Shown piece by piece: positions 21,950 to 33,689 of a DNA stretch of 64,000 nt. Each line of letters starts with the position of its first letter. The stretch's first letter is position 1. The position numbers and the translations under genes were made by a program. Location of the stretch: the NCBI RefSeq assembly GCF_006345805.1, contig NC_042998.1, positions 157,418,001 through 157,482,000 on the forward strand, written 5' to 3'. Below the pieces are notes generated by a model that did not search any database, was not told the DNA's origin, and saw only the letters and a list, made by a program, of their open reading frames with translations. This stretch comes from Octopus sinensis (Eukaryota).

Positions 21950-24520
21950 CAGTTTTATCTTAATTCCGATGCGCACTTTACAACCTATCTGTATTTTATC
22001 TCCCTCTCTTGTTCTTCCTTTCTGTTTTTCCCTCCCACCCTTTCTCTATTTCTTCTCCTCTCCCCTTCACCGTTCCCTCTCTCTCTCACAGTTCCTCCTT
22101 GACTCTCTCGTTGCTCACACGTGACCAACGGCTATCTATCTTTCTTTTCTCTACTTCCTTCCTAAGACAAGACGTGCTTTTGCCTATCTCTTTTCAAAGC
22201 TAGCTTTTCCAGCGTCCACCACTTCACATCGTTATGGCTTAACAGCACTCACCGTTTGTTTTTACTGTTTTGTTCTCACTGTCCTGCTTTTGTTACCACT
22301 TCAACCCTTCGCAAAAGATCTCAGATTTTATTTAATTTGCTTTGCGGGACGGACTGTTTTAACGAAGTCGCCCCTTGTCTCTAAATTCGAAACGCGTAGC
22401 AGATAAAACAGGGGACAACTGATGAAGGGAATGTATATATATAAAACTGAGAATGTGTGTCTGTCTGTGTGAATCCCTAAAACCTGAGAACTAGGGCGAG
22501 CCGACAGGAATATCATATCTCCTCCACTATGAATCCCTAAAACTTGAGAACTACGCAACCAATTTCATTCAAATTTTTCAAATGCCTTACTTAGGGTCCA
22601 TTTAGTGTGATGGGCAAAATAATTTTTTTTTACTTCTTGCCTAGAGCGAACCCACAGCAATATAATATCTTCTCCACTATTTCAGTATTACGTGTTAAAA
22701 GTGAAACAAAAACATCTCTCTATTGTAATGTCAGATACTTTCACTTTAATACTGAAACTATTAAAGTCAAACTATTATATAAGAGGGATGAACCATTAAC
22801 AGTGGACATCCATGTTGCTAGAAGAAGGTCCGCTATGGTCTTATATGCTACACCACTGGTTTTCAATTCATATTAATCAAATTAATATTCAATTTCATGG
22901 ACCAAAATTACTGAATCGATTCTTATGATATTTGAAACTTAGATTCAATGTATAAGAGCGGTTATAATGCAATATGTTTGTTTTGAATTTCAGATGGTTT
23001 AAAGGGGCAGACCCCCCCATGAAAATTCATAAATGTTCGATGTTGTTGAAATTTCAACCATGGGTAATTGACACACATCAAGAAGTATTCTCAAAGTTTC
23101 CACTTCACATGAGAATTCTAAGACAACCTAATGAGGGCCTTAACATTTCTTTTATGATCCAAAACTAAGTCAAAAGTACTGAATAGTTCTTTACGAAATT
23201 TGGAAATTATATTCTATGCATAAGGGCCACAACCCCCATGAAAATTCATATATTTTTGCTGTTGATGAAATTTTAACCATAGATAATAGATACAAATGAA
23301 GTAATATTTATAAAATTTCATCTTCTTACAAGTTAGAAAGACCCCCTTCATGGGGACTTAACACCCACAATTTTGTCATTTTATCTAAGCAAAGACGAAT
23401 ACAGTTGTACTCTTGGAAGCTGTGGGGTCATCCGAGCATAGAAGATGAGCATTATTTGTAATTCAATGGCACAACAGTGTAAGAGTTTCCTTTGACATAC
23501 ACTTAAATTATGATTTCTGCAATGTGCTGCATAAATTGTCAAGTAAATGAGAGGCATATTTGCCTCTACTGATTCAGTTGCAAAGTGTTGAGTAAAGTTA
23601 TTTGATTGCAGATCTCCTTTCAGTCTTTTTATTATCACTGGGTCACACATAGTTCCCACATGGTGACATTGATTTCAAGGCCTTCCCAGATGAGTGACTG
23701 GTTATTCAAAGACATTTATAGATTGTATATTTATTCTGTCCAGTTACGTATCAGTATAGTGGTCATTTGCAAACTCCAACTTTCATTTCTCCTTAGCCCT
23801 CATGTCACACAATTGTTAATGTTTATTTCAGTTAGGTCACGTCCTTCCAATTGCTCTAGACTCGTAATGCATCTTACGGCTGTACCTGTCACCTGGATGG
23901 TGAGGAATACTACATTGGGAGTGGTAACGACTAGGGTACTGTAGCTGACTGCTTATTGTAATCATTCGTCTTTTGGTTTCCTGTAGCTTTGCTCTCTTTT
24001 ACAAACCCAGTGAAAATATATTTCCTATTTCAAAGAAATTCAAACAATAGATATAAGACCCAAGTTAAAAAGATTCTCAACAATTCAACTTCTCTAGTTG
24101 ACATTTTAGAGCTCCATGACCTCCATGTTTCAGGAGCAAAATCCTTTTAATAAGTTTTATAAGACTGAATTTTGGAATATGCGCATGAAAATCAGTAATA
24201 TGAGATACATTTGGCACGTGTACAATTTTGTTTGGATTTGTAAAGAAGGAAATAACCCTCATCTGCAATTTTGATGAAATTCGAAACAGATATTCCAGTT
24301 CATTACAGAAAATATAACAGAAAAGTCTAATTCTTTAATTGCATGCAACTCGGGCGACGCCGCGTAACTCTGCTAGTATTCTATATGTTGCGTGTCTAGT
24401 TTCTCTATTTGTTTCTTTCATGTTCAAAAATGTTCGTTTTCCATGCCTTTGTTTTTTATGTTCTCGTTTCTCATTTTGTTCACGCTTTTTTTGACGTCCT
24501 GTACCCATATATGCATGTAT
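21950..24520 (+). mobile_element. Family F element split by a Helitron
   Basis: 21950-22431 and 24377-24520 join collinearly with the 3105-3770 copy (GAAGGGAA|TATTC). Confidence 0.7.
22432..24376 (+). mobile_element. Non-autonomous Helitron (Lep1/HINE-like organisation), 1945 bp
   Basis: A|TGTATATATATAAAA..GTCTGTCTGT 5' end; CTCGGGCGACGCCGCG hairpin and CTAG|T 3' end; inserted between A and T with no TSD. Confidence 0.75.
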
Positions 24521-24584
24521 ATATATATATATATATGTACATATATATGTTATATAATATATATACATATATATGTTATGTCAT

Positions 24585-25110
24585 GTCACTTTCGAGTGCT
24601 ACAGGTAACATGTAACCCTGTACAACCTGTTGCATGATCGGGTCGTAGGCAACTAAACCGGCAACCCCACCAAGCTTGCTTGTTGAGGAGGGTGTTTATT
24701 GGACACCCTGCGGGATGAAAGACAAAATCCGTCAAAGGGCGGAGGAACTCTTGAGAGTCAACGGCCATCAAATAAATGTCTTAAGGATATATCATGCACA
24801 GGGACATAGAAATAATCGGACTGGATACCCGATCGCGCGGTTAAACCATTGGGAATGAAGGACTCCTAGCCTTTGTTAGGGCATCCTTCTAGGAGAAGGT
24901 AACTCAGGTAACTGGGATAACTCCGACATAAAACCTGCGGCTCAGTGGTTACCGATGATGTTGACTTGTTCTTCTTTTCGGATTATGGCTGCTGTTGCTT
25001 AGTGAGTGGGATTGACTCAGTGCACAGCCTTTCCTCACTTCTTGCACAGGCATTGCACGATAACAACATTGATTAAGCTTCGTGCAATGGCCATACTCGA
25101 TAACAATGGG
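24585..25110 (+). mobile_element. Structured segment resembling an RTE-type LINE 5' UTR
   Basis: TAGGGCATCCTTCTAGGAGAAGGTAACTC..ATAAAACC resembles motifs recalled from RTE 5' UTRs; several short hairpins; no ORF. Confidence 0.4.
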
Positions 25111-25183
25111 GTAGCCACCACATATATATGTAGGCATGTACATGCATATACATATATTATTTATATATATATATGTATATAAG

Positions 25184-25253
<70 letters not shown>

Positions 25254-25315
25254 GTATGTATGTATGTATGTATGTATGTATGTATGTATGTATGTATGTA
25301 TGTATGTATAAGGAT

Positions 25316-26420
25316 AAAAATAAATATTCTTTTCTATAATATTATTTAATAAATCCACCTTCAGCTTCAACAACTGCTTCTATATGAGATCTAAATCATC
25401 TACATGCTCAAATCAAGTGATCCTGGTTCATTTTGGACATTGCTCTAAATATGACAGCTTTCAAAGAATTTTTGGTCTTATGGGCGTGTTCCTTGACCTC
25501 TCCCTCAACAACGCTCCGCATGTAATAGACTGATATCTGGGGAATTAGGAGCCCAAATTTTAGGTCTTGTGTGATCGTGAAAGTTTTCAGGCATCCATTC
25601 CTTTGTTACTAGACCCATGTGTGATAGTGCAGAGTCTTACTGAAACACATACGGCCTTCCATTACATACAGTGTCTATCCAGGGCTTAACAATTATTTCC
25701 AGGACGTCAACATAGGCGGCAGAGTTAACTCTAAGGCCTTGTGGAGAGAAGTAAGGAGGCAGCACATGTATTTCGCTGACAACCCCTAAAACCAAGACAG
25801 TTGTAGGAAATTTTATATGCATAACACTAGGATCTTCAGAAGGGTCAGCCCATAATCACCTCTCATTTCTTCTGTTAACTTTTTGATCTTGGTCAAAGTT
25901 TTTCTTGTTTGAGAAAAACCAAATCAAATCTTCTTCTGAATGTTTCAGTTTGTTTCAGTTTGTTTTCAGATATGATGTAGTGATCTTCTTTTCCTTTTTC
26001 TAACAAACTGAACTTCAATCATCTGTGGACAATATTTCGGACTGTTCCTTCTGCACATGGAGATCTTTCCGCGTTTGTCATCAATAGTCTGTTGAACTTG
26101 CTGGATAAATTCAGGTGTTGTGTGATTATCTAGAGCGTTTAGGAATTTTTTTTTTTGCTTTGATATTGGAGATACGTTTCCATCTTCAGCCTCTAGCTCC
26201 TTACAGATTTTGTAGACAAAAGATCTAGCAAATTTTGAAAATTGATATATTTCTAAATCGCTCAGCCGTTATAATCACAATAACAGAACGCCTCTTCATT
26301 TCTTGAGTAAGCCGAGGGTCTGCCATTATTATTTTCTGAACCAAAGATTATACAGAGTTAGTAAAAATGCAGCAATGACTCCCAGAAGTTATGTACTCAA
26401 ATAACTTACCCACCTTGGAT
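25316..26420 (-). mobile_element. maT (DD37D-like) transposon, near full-length, degenerate
   Basis: HIKFPTTVLVLGVVSE..GLRVNSAAYVDVLEIIVKPWID..PYVFQ; WAPNSPD; N-terminal MADPRLTQEMKRRSVI. Confidence 0.8.
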
Positions 26421-26599
26421 ATATATATATATATATATGTATGTGTGAGTGTGTGTGTGTATGTATATATATGTATATATGTATGTATATATATGTATAT
26501 ATATGTATATATATATATGTGTGTGTATATGTATATATATGTATATATATATGCATATATATGTGTATATGTATATATATGGGTATATGTATATATAAG

Positions 26600-26770
26600 T
26601 TCCCCGTAATTTAGCGGTTCGGCAAAAGAGACTGATAGAATAAGTACTGGGCTTACAAAGAATAAGTCCCGGGGTCGAGTTGCTCGACTAAAGGCGGTGC
26701 TCCAGCATGGCCGCAGTCAAATGACTGAAACAAGTAAAAGAGTAAAAGAGTAAAGAGTAAAGAGTATATA
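26600..26770 (+). mobile_element. Family B SINE 3' part
   Basis: CCCCGTAATTTAGCGGTTCGGCAAAAGAG..GGCGGTGCTCCAGCATGGCCGCAGTCAAATGACTGAAAC then (AGTAAAAG)n-like tail. Confidence 0.9.
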
Positions 26771-27193
26771 TGTAAAGTTCTGAAACTGAATAATAGTATA
26801 AGAATGTATCAACTGGATTTCCGTCTAAACATGCTGCTGAGCTTTAACACCATCTGGTACTCGAGAATCTTTAACTGATTTTACTCTGTTAGAAGCAGTG
26901 AAAGAGACTCCCAGTTTACTCATCTCTTAATGTTTTGCTACAATATGATCTTAAGATTTCCGTTTCAGCAAAAACCAATTAATCATAGGAGCTGCTCCAC
27001 CTTTCCTTGGATTAGATTATATAGACTATTTTGTGAGTACGTTAAATATGGAAAATAGAAGAATAAAGAATGAGAGAGATGGAGAGAGAGAGAGAGGGAG
27101 AGAGAGAGAGAAAGGAGATAGAGAGGAATGATAGAGGATTTAGTGAGAGGAGGGAGAGAGACAGAGATGTGAGAGAGAGATAAGGGAGGCGAT

Positions 27194-27619
27194 GGATCCT
27201 TTCGGTTTGAACGGCAGTTTTTTATAGCGGTGTCATATGAAATTGTCACCCATAATTATGACCCTAGTATCGATCTATCGCATTTCAATCTGTTTTAGGG
27301 TTAGGGTTAGGGCTGGAGGGGAGGGTATCTTTTTTTCTTCACAAATGTAAATAAATCCAATCTGTTTCTTAAACGAGGGACATATTCATACGGCACAGAG
27401 TGTTTTTTTTTTTTTTACCTCAATAGACGTATTTGGTTGGTTGAAATTGCAGAAATTGAAGAAAAAAAACAACAAATATCTTACAAACCATAGAATTTTC
27501 TCAATTAAAGCCAAGAGAAAAAGATGTTTTATAAACACATTCTACGAGTATACGAAGTTTAAATTTTTTTAGTTACCTAGAAATTATGTTAAAAACTGCC
27601 GTTCAAACCGAAAAGATCC
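27194..27619. mobile_element. MITE with 8-bp TSD and GG-starting TIRs (Merlin-like)
   Basis: TIR GGATCCTTTCGGTTTGAACGGCAGTTTTT / AAAAACTGCCGTTCAAACCGAAAAGATCC; TSD GAGGCGAT at 27186-27193 and 27620-27627. Confidence 0.88.
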
Positions 27620-28289
27620 GAGGCGATTCCCTGGGCGAAGTATTTTTAGTATTTAGCCATAAACTAGTGGGTTTCAAATTTCAGTTCTGAGAAGTTCGAC
27701 ATTACGTTTCATCTCCAATGGAGCAGAAAAAATAGTCTACTACTGGTAATACTAAACAGATACAAAGTCATTTGCATACACACATTCACTTTAAAATGAT
27801 AAACTTGTTTTTTACTTTGAGGACTAAATCGATGTGTTATCTTTGATAGTGCGTCGACACATACTTTATATTCGTCTTTTTTTTATTTTATTTTAGTAAC
27901 ATACCCCTTCTATGGTAATGGAGTCGCCGAAGAAAATAAAGATCTAGTTCTCTAATATTTCAGGTTCAAATGCAGATTGTGATGAAATAAGCGACAAATG
28001 ACTTCAAACATTGGTACGAAAGCACAGATTAGAGGAGATTGATGAGAGTATTAACTTGGTCATAGTACTTATTTTATTGAACCTGGTAGGGACCGTCACC
28101 GATTTACTGACCCTCTCATCCACAGCTCTAGGGTGTCTCAAAAATACCTAATACTTATACTGACATGAGAGCGATATATTTATGTTAGAGATCTACTTTA
28201 TTGACCAGATATTAAATCATGAAAGGAAAACTCTTAGTCAGCAGAATAGGAAACAAAGATCAAAATATTGGTTTTAAATTTGGGTACAA

Positions 28290-28405
28290 GGATGAAATAT
28301 AAACTCGACCTCCGTGGAATTTGAACTCAGGAAGTAAAGACGGACGAAACGCCACTGAGCATTTTGCTCGGCGTACTAGCAACTCTGTCAGCTCGCCGCC
28401 TTAAA
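28290..28405 (-). mobile_element. Family A SINE 5' part
   Basis: GGAATTTGAACTCAG and CAGCTCGCCGCCTT match 1-185. Confidence 0.75.
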
Positions 28406-28981
28406 TACCAGAAATTTTAAGGGAGTTTTAGTTGGCTTTTAGCTTCTTCACACCTAACGGAAACAATGGCATTTTCTAAATTATTTGATTATTCGTTTTC
28501 CGGCAGACTACAAAAAAACTATTCCCTTATTTAATATGTTCTGAAAGTATCCCAGGAAGCTGGATTTCTAAACAAATATGAATTAATTATTTGTTTTTAA
28601 CGAACATGTTTAGAATTGGTTGGAGACATAATGGAATGCAAACTCGTTCCATTGAATTTCTGAAGTCTAGCAATTATTGATTATTTGTTGTTGTCAATTA
28701 TTAACAATAGCAAGGAATATTTCTTTTAATTTGCTGACCATTGAAAATTACATTTTAGCTTGCGCATCTTAGTCTGGGAATGTGAAAACGAAACAAAACA
28801 AATAAACAACATTAATTTCCGATTACTATAATTTTCTTAATTTCATTATCTCATGTAGAGCCGTGTTCAATGCTCACCGGCCTATCGTTCCATGACGATG
28901 CTAGAGAAAATACTTCACATTACTTTAATAAAAACGTATGGAATGAAAATATAAGGGAATGCTTTTGTTTAAATAATTTTT

Positions 28982-29138
28982 AACATTGTCGACCACATAT
29001 ACTTAACCTACACGACTTGTATATTTACCGGTAGGTTCCGATTTGTGCGCGAGTAATATCCACCTCACCAAAATAGCAGCCTACCGGCAAATACACATAC
29101 AGCGTATCTTAAGTATTATATATGTGGTCGACAATGTT
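28982..29138. repeat. 157-bp hairpin / MITE-like inverted repeat
   Basis: 20-bp perfect outer arm AACATTGTCGACCACATATA plus an inner arm TGTATATTTACCGGTAGGTT / AGCCTACCGGCAAATACACA. Confidence 0.85.
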
Positions 29139-29254
29139 TATGATATTAGTGCTACTTTTATTTTCTATTTGAAATAATTTTTATTTGAATGATTTACTAC
29201 TTCTACAGTTATATACAACGCAGGAGTGGCTGTGTGGTAAGTAGCTTGTTTACC

Positions 29255-31267
29255 CAGAATGCAACACTAGTTGGTCTGGACTGCTACAGTGAGCAGATGT
29301 GAGTTTCGGCTCCGCGAACAGAAAAAAGAACAAAAAGAAAAATTGTCAATTATGGCTTGCTATAACGAGCAAAATACTGGGTTCTCAGCACCGTAACAGT
29401 GAATTGAGAATTTTTTTGAAAATTCTTCTTGTGAATTCTAGTGGGCGTATCTCGCCAGGAAAATAAGCATAAGCCATTTGGATTACCTTTTTGGAGTATT
29501 ATACAAAGGATTCCCTGTCTGTGCTATTTGTGAGATTTTTCTTTTACTTTTCCCTTCTTCTATTATTTCTTTCTTTCTAATTTTTGGTTCATTCTTTTCA
29601 TTACTTTAATTTCAGTTTCCTCCCCTCCCCTTTATTTTGTTTTATTTTTATTCGGTTTAATTTTTTGGCAGACTGTCTTTTGAACTGTTTTTTGACATGG
29701 CAGAGAAGGAACTTAAAAAGAAAAACTCTGTCTTAGAGTGGGAAATTAACTCGCCTAAGCAATGGTTAAAAGATATGGAGGAGAATACGGTGGTACTTAG
29801 AACGTATTCTAAAGTTCTTAATTCCATCACCGTCTTCCCAAAACAAGTCATAAAAAATGAACTTAAAGAACATTTGTCCTCTGTAAAAATATATATCCCG
29901 TGGTGTCAAACATGCAACCGTATGATTGCTGTTTGACAACGGGGAAAAGGCTCACCAGTTTGCGAGTCAGCCTTCAGAAGGCAAGGAAATCCTGTTTCTC
30001 CCGTCATATTGTAGAAGAAAATTTATACGAGCCTGGATTTACTCCCCCCCCGGGCACCGAAGCGGATTGGATTGAAGATACCATCCGACGAGGACTGGGA
30101 GATGGCGGGCCCAGGCTCTTAAATGTAAGAGTATCGCCGGCGGTCGATTGGGAAGAGTCAAAAGCGATTTTGACCTTGTGGACCCCATCGGCCGCAACAG
30201 AACTGGTTTTTCCAGATTTCTTGAAAATGGCTGGCTGCAGGTATCCGGTAATACTTGAGGGACGTCCCCCAAAGTGTCACTTGTGCCTGCAGCCAGGCCA
30301 CATTAAAAGGAACTGCCCCCAGGACCATGGTAAGATCCTGGAACAGTCACTAGATGCCACCTCCTCTACCCGGTCAAAGGGAGAGGTGGATGTGGTCGAG
30401 GAGGCTTCAGCCTCCTCAACTCAAAAAGGATTAAAAAGGAAGAAAGCGGGCAACAATAGTTGCCCGCCGAAGGAACCTAAGGCTTCAGAAGGCGGGGGAG
30501 AGTCTCCGGACAAAGCGGAAGAGCTCCACTCTCCCGAAGCCAGGAAGAAAAGAAAAAAAAGAAGAACGGGTCATCTCAGCGGGGAGATGATGTGCCGACT
30601 GCATGTCCCGAAGTTGTGCCACCCACGGTGGAAGAAACCACCCCCACCCTTAAAGATGATCAATTAATTATCTTTTTCTACGAGGGCGGGGAGGTGGAAA
30701 AATAGTAGAAGAACATAAAGAAACAGTAGATATGCCCTTCACACGGGATCCCGAATGGCCTCCGCAGATAGCTGTGGAGGTCATAAGGTTTCCCTTGTGG
30801 CAAAGGCTTAAAGGATTTGGGGAGGAGTGTCGCATATGGCCGGGTGGCCCTTACACCACTTACATGTCCTACATGAGTTAGGCATGGGAAATGGCGGGAT
30901 ACAGAAACTCAAGCGGCATTGAAGATAATGATGAATATATCGATGCATATATCGAAGAGTAGGAGGTGAAAGACCCTCGCTACAGGGTTTGAAACCTCTT
31001 CTTATTGGATTATTTTGTAGTGGTTTATAACCTCAATTTTGTGCTTTAAGAAAAAAAAAAGAAAGAAAACATGTTAAGTAAGAGGTTTTAGTACCTCCCC
31101 CTTGTAAGAGGTTCGAAACCTCATATTGATTTTAAAAAAGAAAAAAGAAAATATGTTTTCGAGAAAAATCCAATCCATTTATTCATTATGTTTCATTTTC
31201 ATTCATTAATGTATTTGTCCAGCCCGCAAAGCTCTTTGTACTGTCTATATGACAAATTTATGAAATA
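29255..31267 (+). mobile_element. ORF1-only Tx1/L1-type non-autonomous retroelement, 2013 bp
   Basis: Perfect 16-bp TSD AAGTAGCTTGTTTACC (29239-29254, 31268-31283); 5' GAGCAGATGTG motif; zinc-knuckle ORF; no EN/RT sequence seen. Confidence 0.85.
29697..30960 (+). pseudogene. ORF1 (gag-like) with CCHC zinc knuckle, frameshifted
   Basis: VILEGRPPKCHLCLQPGHIKRNCP; same motif layout as VVVEGRRPRCYMCGSEEHLKNDCP near 56940; frameshifts near 29900 and 30660. Confidence 0.8.
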
Positions 31268-31654
31268 AAGTAGCTTGTTTACCAACCACATGGTTCCGGG
31301 TTCAATCCCACTGCGTGGCACCTTGGTTAAGTGTCTTCTACTATAGCCTCGGACCGACCAAAGCCTTGTGAGTAGATTTGGTAGACGGAAACTGAAAGAA
31401 GCCCGTCGTATATATGTATATATATACTGTGTGTGTGTTTGTGTGTCTGTGTTTGTCCCCCTAGCATTGCTTGACAACCAATGCTGGTGTGTTTATGTCC
31501 CCGTTACTTAGCAGTTCGGCAAAAGAGACCGATAGAATAAGTACTGGGCTTACAAAAGAATAAGTCCCGGGGTCGAGTTGCTCGATTAAAGGCGGTGCTC
31601 CAGCATGGCCGCAGTCAAATGACTGAAACAAGTAAAAGAGTAAAAGAGTATATA

Positions 31655-31741
31655 CTATAGCCTACTATAGGCTCGGGCCGACCAACCCTTGTGAGTGGAT
31701 TTGGTAGACAGAAACTGAAAGAAGCCCATCGTATATATATG

Positions 31742-31792
<51 letters not shown>

Positions 31793-31799
31793 TATATAT

Positions 31800-31832
<33 letters not shown>

Positions 31833-32030
31833 GTGTATGTTTGAGTGTCTGTGTTTGTCCCCCCAACATCGCTTGGTGTGTTTACATCTCCGTAACTTAC
31901 CAGTTCGCCAAAAGAGACCGATAGAATAAGTACTAGGCTTACAAAGAATAAGTCCTGGGGTCGATTTGCTCGACAAAAGGCGGTGCTCCAGCATGGCCGC
32001 AGTCAAATGACTGAAACAAGTAAAGAGAGA
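31655..32030 (+). mobile_element. 5'-truncated family B SINE, tandem copy
   Basis: Starts within the core (GGCTCGGGCCGACCAA) and has the full 3' tail. Confidence 0.88.
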
Positions 32031-33169
32031 GTATTATGTGATAAACTAAACAAACAAAAGTCCTCTTGCTCCCGAACTCTTTGTTTAAATATGTTTTTAT
32101 GACACCTGGTCTTTCGTCTTAGCTATTTAGTGTTTCTTATAACACTCAGGTGTCCCCGTAATTGTATTGAATAAAACTGAGTTACATATAATTTGAAGGA
32201 GAACAAATTTTATGTTTTCATTAGTGATGATTTACACAACATTTGGGTTTCATAGTTTTAGTAGTTTTGATTTCCCACTGAGGATATCGCAGCACTCCAC
32301 CAAGCAAACAAATATGACAATGGCAGAGTCATTCTTGTTTTCGTGATTGGCTATATTTTGATAGAGAAATTATGGTTAATTAGAAGTAACTGAAGGAGAT
32401 TTGCTACTATTTCTAGATGTACGAACGGCCACAGTGAGGTTCACTCATTGGTTTATTGCTTGTTATTATTACTGTAGTTTTGCCCAAGTTTAACCCTAAT
32501 AGAACTGTCTTTCGGCATGCACAAGCACTCAACTCTGCATCCACTGCATCTTACTGTACAAACAGCTGCATGATAATGAAGCTGATTGCATATATATGTG
32601 TGCATAAGTGTGTACACTTTTGTTTCATGAAACTCTCTGAGTAATAATATAATAATACATCAAACTAGTTTCCGACAAAACACGCTATTTGGCTTCAACA
32701 CCATATAGTACTCGGGAAACTTTAACTGATTTCACTCTATTAGAAGCATTGAACTAAACACTTGGTTCACTCATCTCTTAAGGTTTTGCTACACTATGAT
32801 CTTCAGATTTTCATATTTGTACCGTCAGAATTAATTTTCTGTAAATATCAACCAGTCATAGGCGTTTACGCATCTTGAATAACTGAGGACCAAAATGCAT
32901 TTTCCAACATGCAGTCTGCGCATCATTTTGCAGTGTAGATTTTGCCTCCAATATAGAAGCGACACAGTTGAACTTTGAGTCAGATTACATCAGTTGCTGT
33001 TCCTCTGCTCTTATCTACATTCATTACATGCATCGCAGCATGGCCGCAGCTCTGAACTGAAACTACAGAAAAAAATGCCACAAACAATGTTATAAATTTT
33101 TATGCATTGAAAATGGGAAAACTGAGATATGAATATGACAGAAATCAAGTTGTGAAACACCCTCTCATT

Positions 33170-33420
33170 CTTGTGAAGGTGAAGATGCTTAGCTCAAAAA
33201 TGATTTTGGCACAACGGGATCTCTATCTTGACCGTATCGAAAGAATGGAGAAACCTCGGTTGGTAAGGAAACTCCTCTCGTCATAATATTCTGGAGGTAC
33301 AAATTAGGAGAAATCCAAGCTCAGGTAAATGGATGTGGTTACGCTTAACACGAAGACATTAGTAACTGACATCTGTAGGTGGCAAGTCCTTTTAGGACAA
33401 AAAAATCAATGGAAGACTTA
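33170..33420 (+). mobile_element. RTE-type LINE C-terminal remnant
   Basis: RMEKPRLVRKLLSS..KSKLR*MDVVTLNTK pattern. Confidence 0.5.
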
Positions 33421-33689
33421 ACTTACTTTCAATGTTCGTACTGTTGGTATTGTCGTTTATGCTGGATACAAATTTTTGCATGTTTCTCTGTTGTCTATAA
33501 TGCTTTTTTACTTTTTTAGTTGTTTGGTGTTAGGAGTTATTTCGATTGTGTGTAGATTCAATGTAAGTATTTGGTTTCTATGAGGATTTGTAGATTTGGT
33601 GATAGCGTTTTTATGTTGTTATGCAGATATGCATCTAGACATGTTTATAATTGCTTTGTTTTATGTATGTACAACAGTAGGGTGGCCAC

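Larger units (their letters stand above)
29215..31650 (+). mobile_element. Family B CORE-type SINE interrupted in its tRNA head
   Basis: CAGGAGTGGCTGTGTGGTAAGTAGCTTGTTTACC resumes as AACCACATGGTTCCGGGTTCAATCCC at 31284. Confidence 0.92.

Noticed and set aside
24585-24720. Possible HDV-like ribozyme
   Set aside because: Could not assign P1, P1.1, P2, P3 and L3 consistently by eye.
26165-26195. Minus-strand AGAGG-CTGAAGA-TG-GAAAC-GTA-TCTCC, resembling an ultra-minimal hammerhead
   Set aside because: No stem II, and it lies inside the maT transposase frame (EAEDGNVSP); best explained as chance.
29221-29254. tRNA gene or other tRNA-like heads at SINE 5' ends
   Set aside because: A/B boxes lead into SINE bodies and no full cloverleaf forms; these are SINE heads, not tRNA genes.
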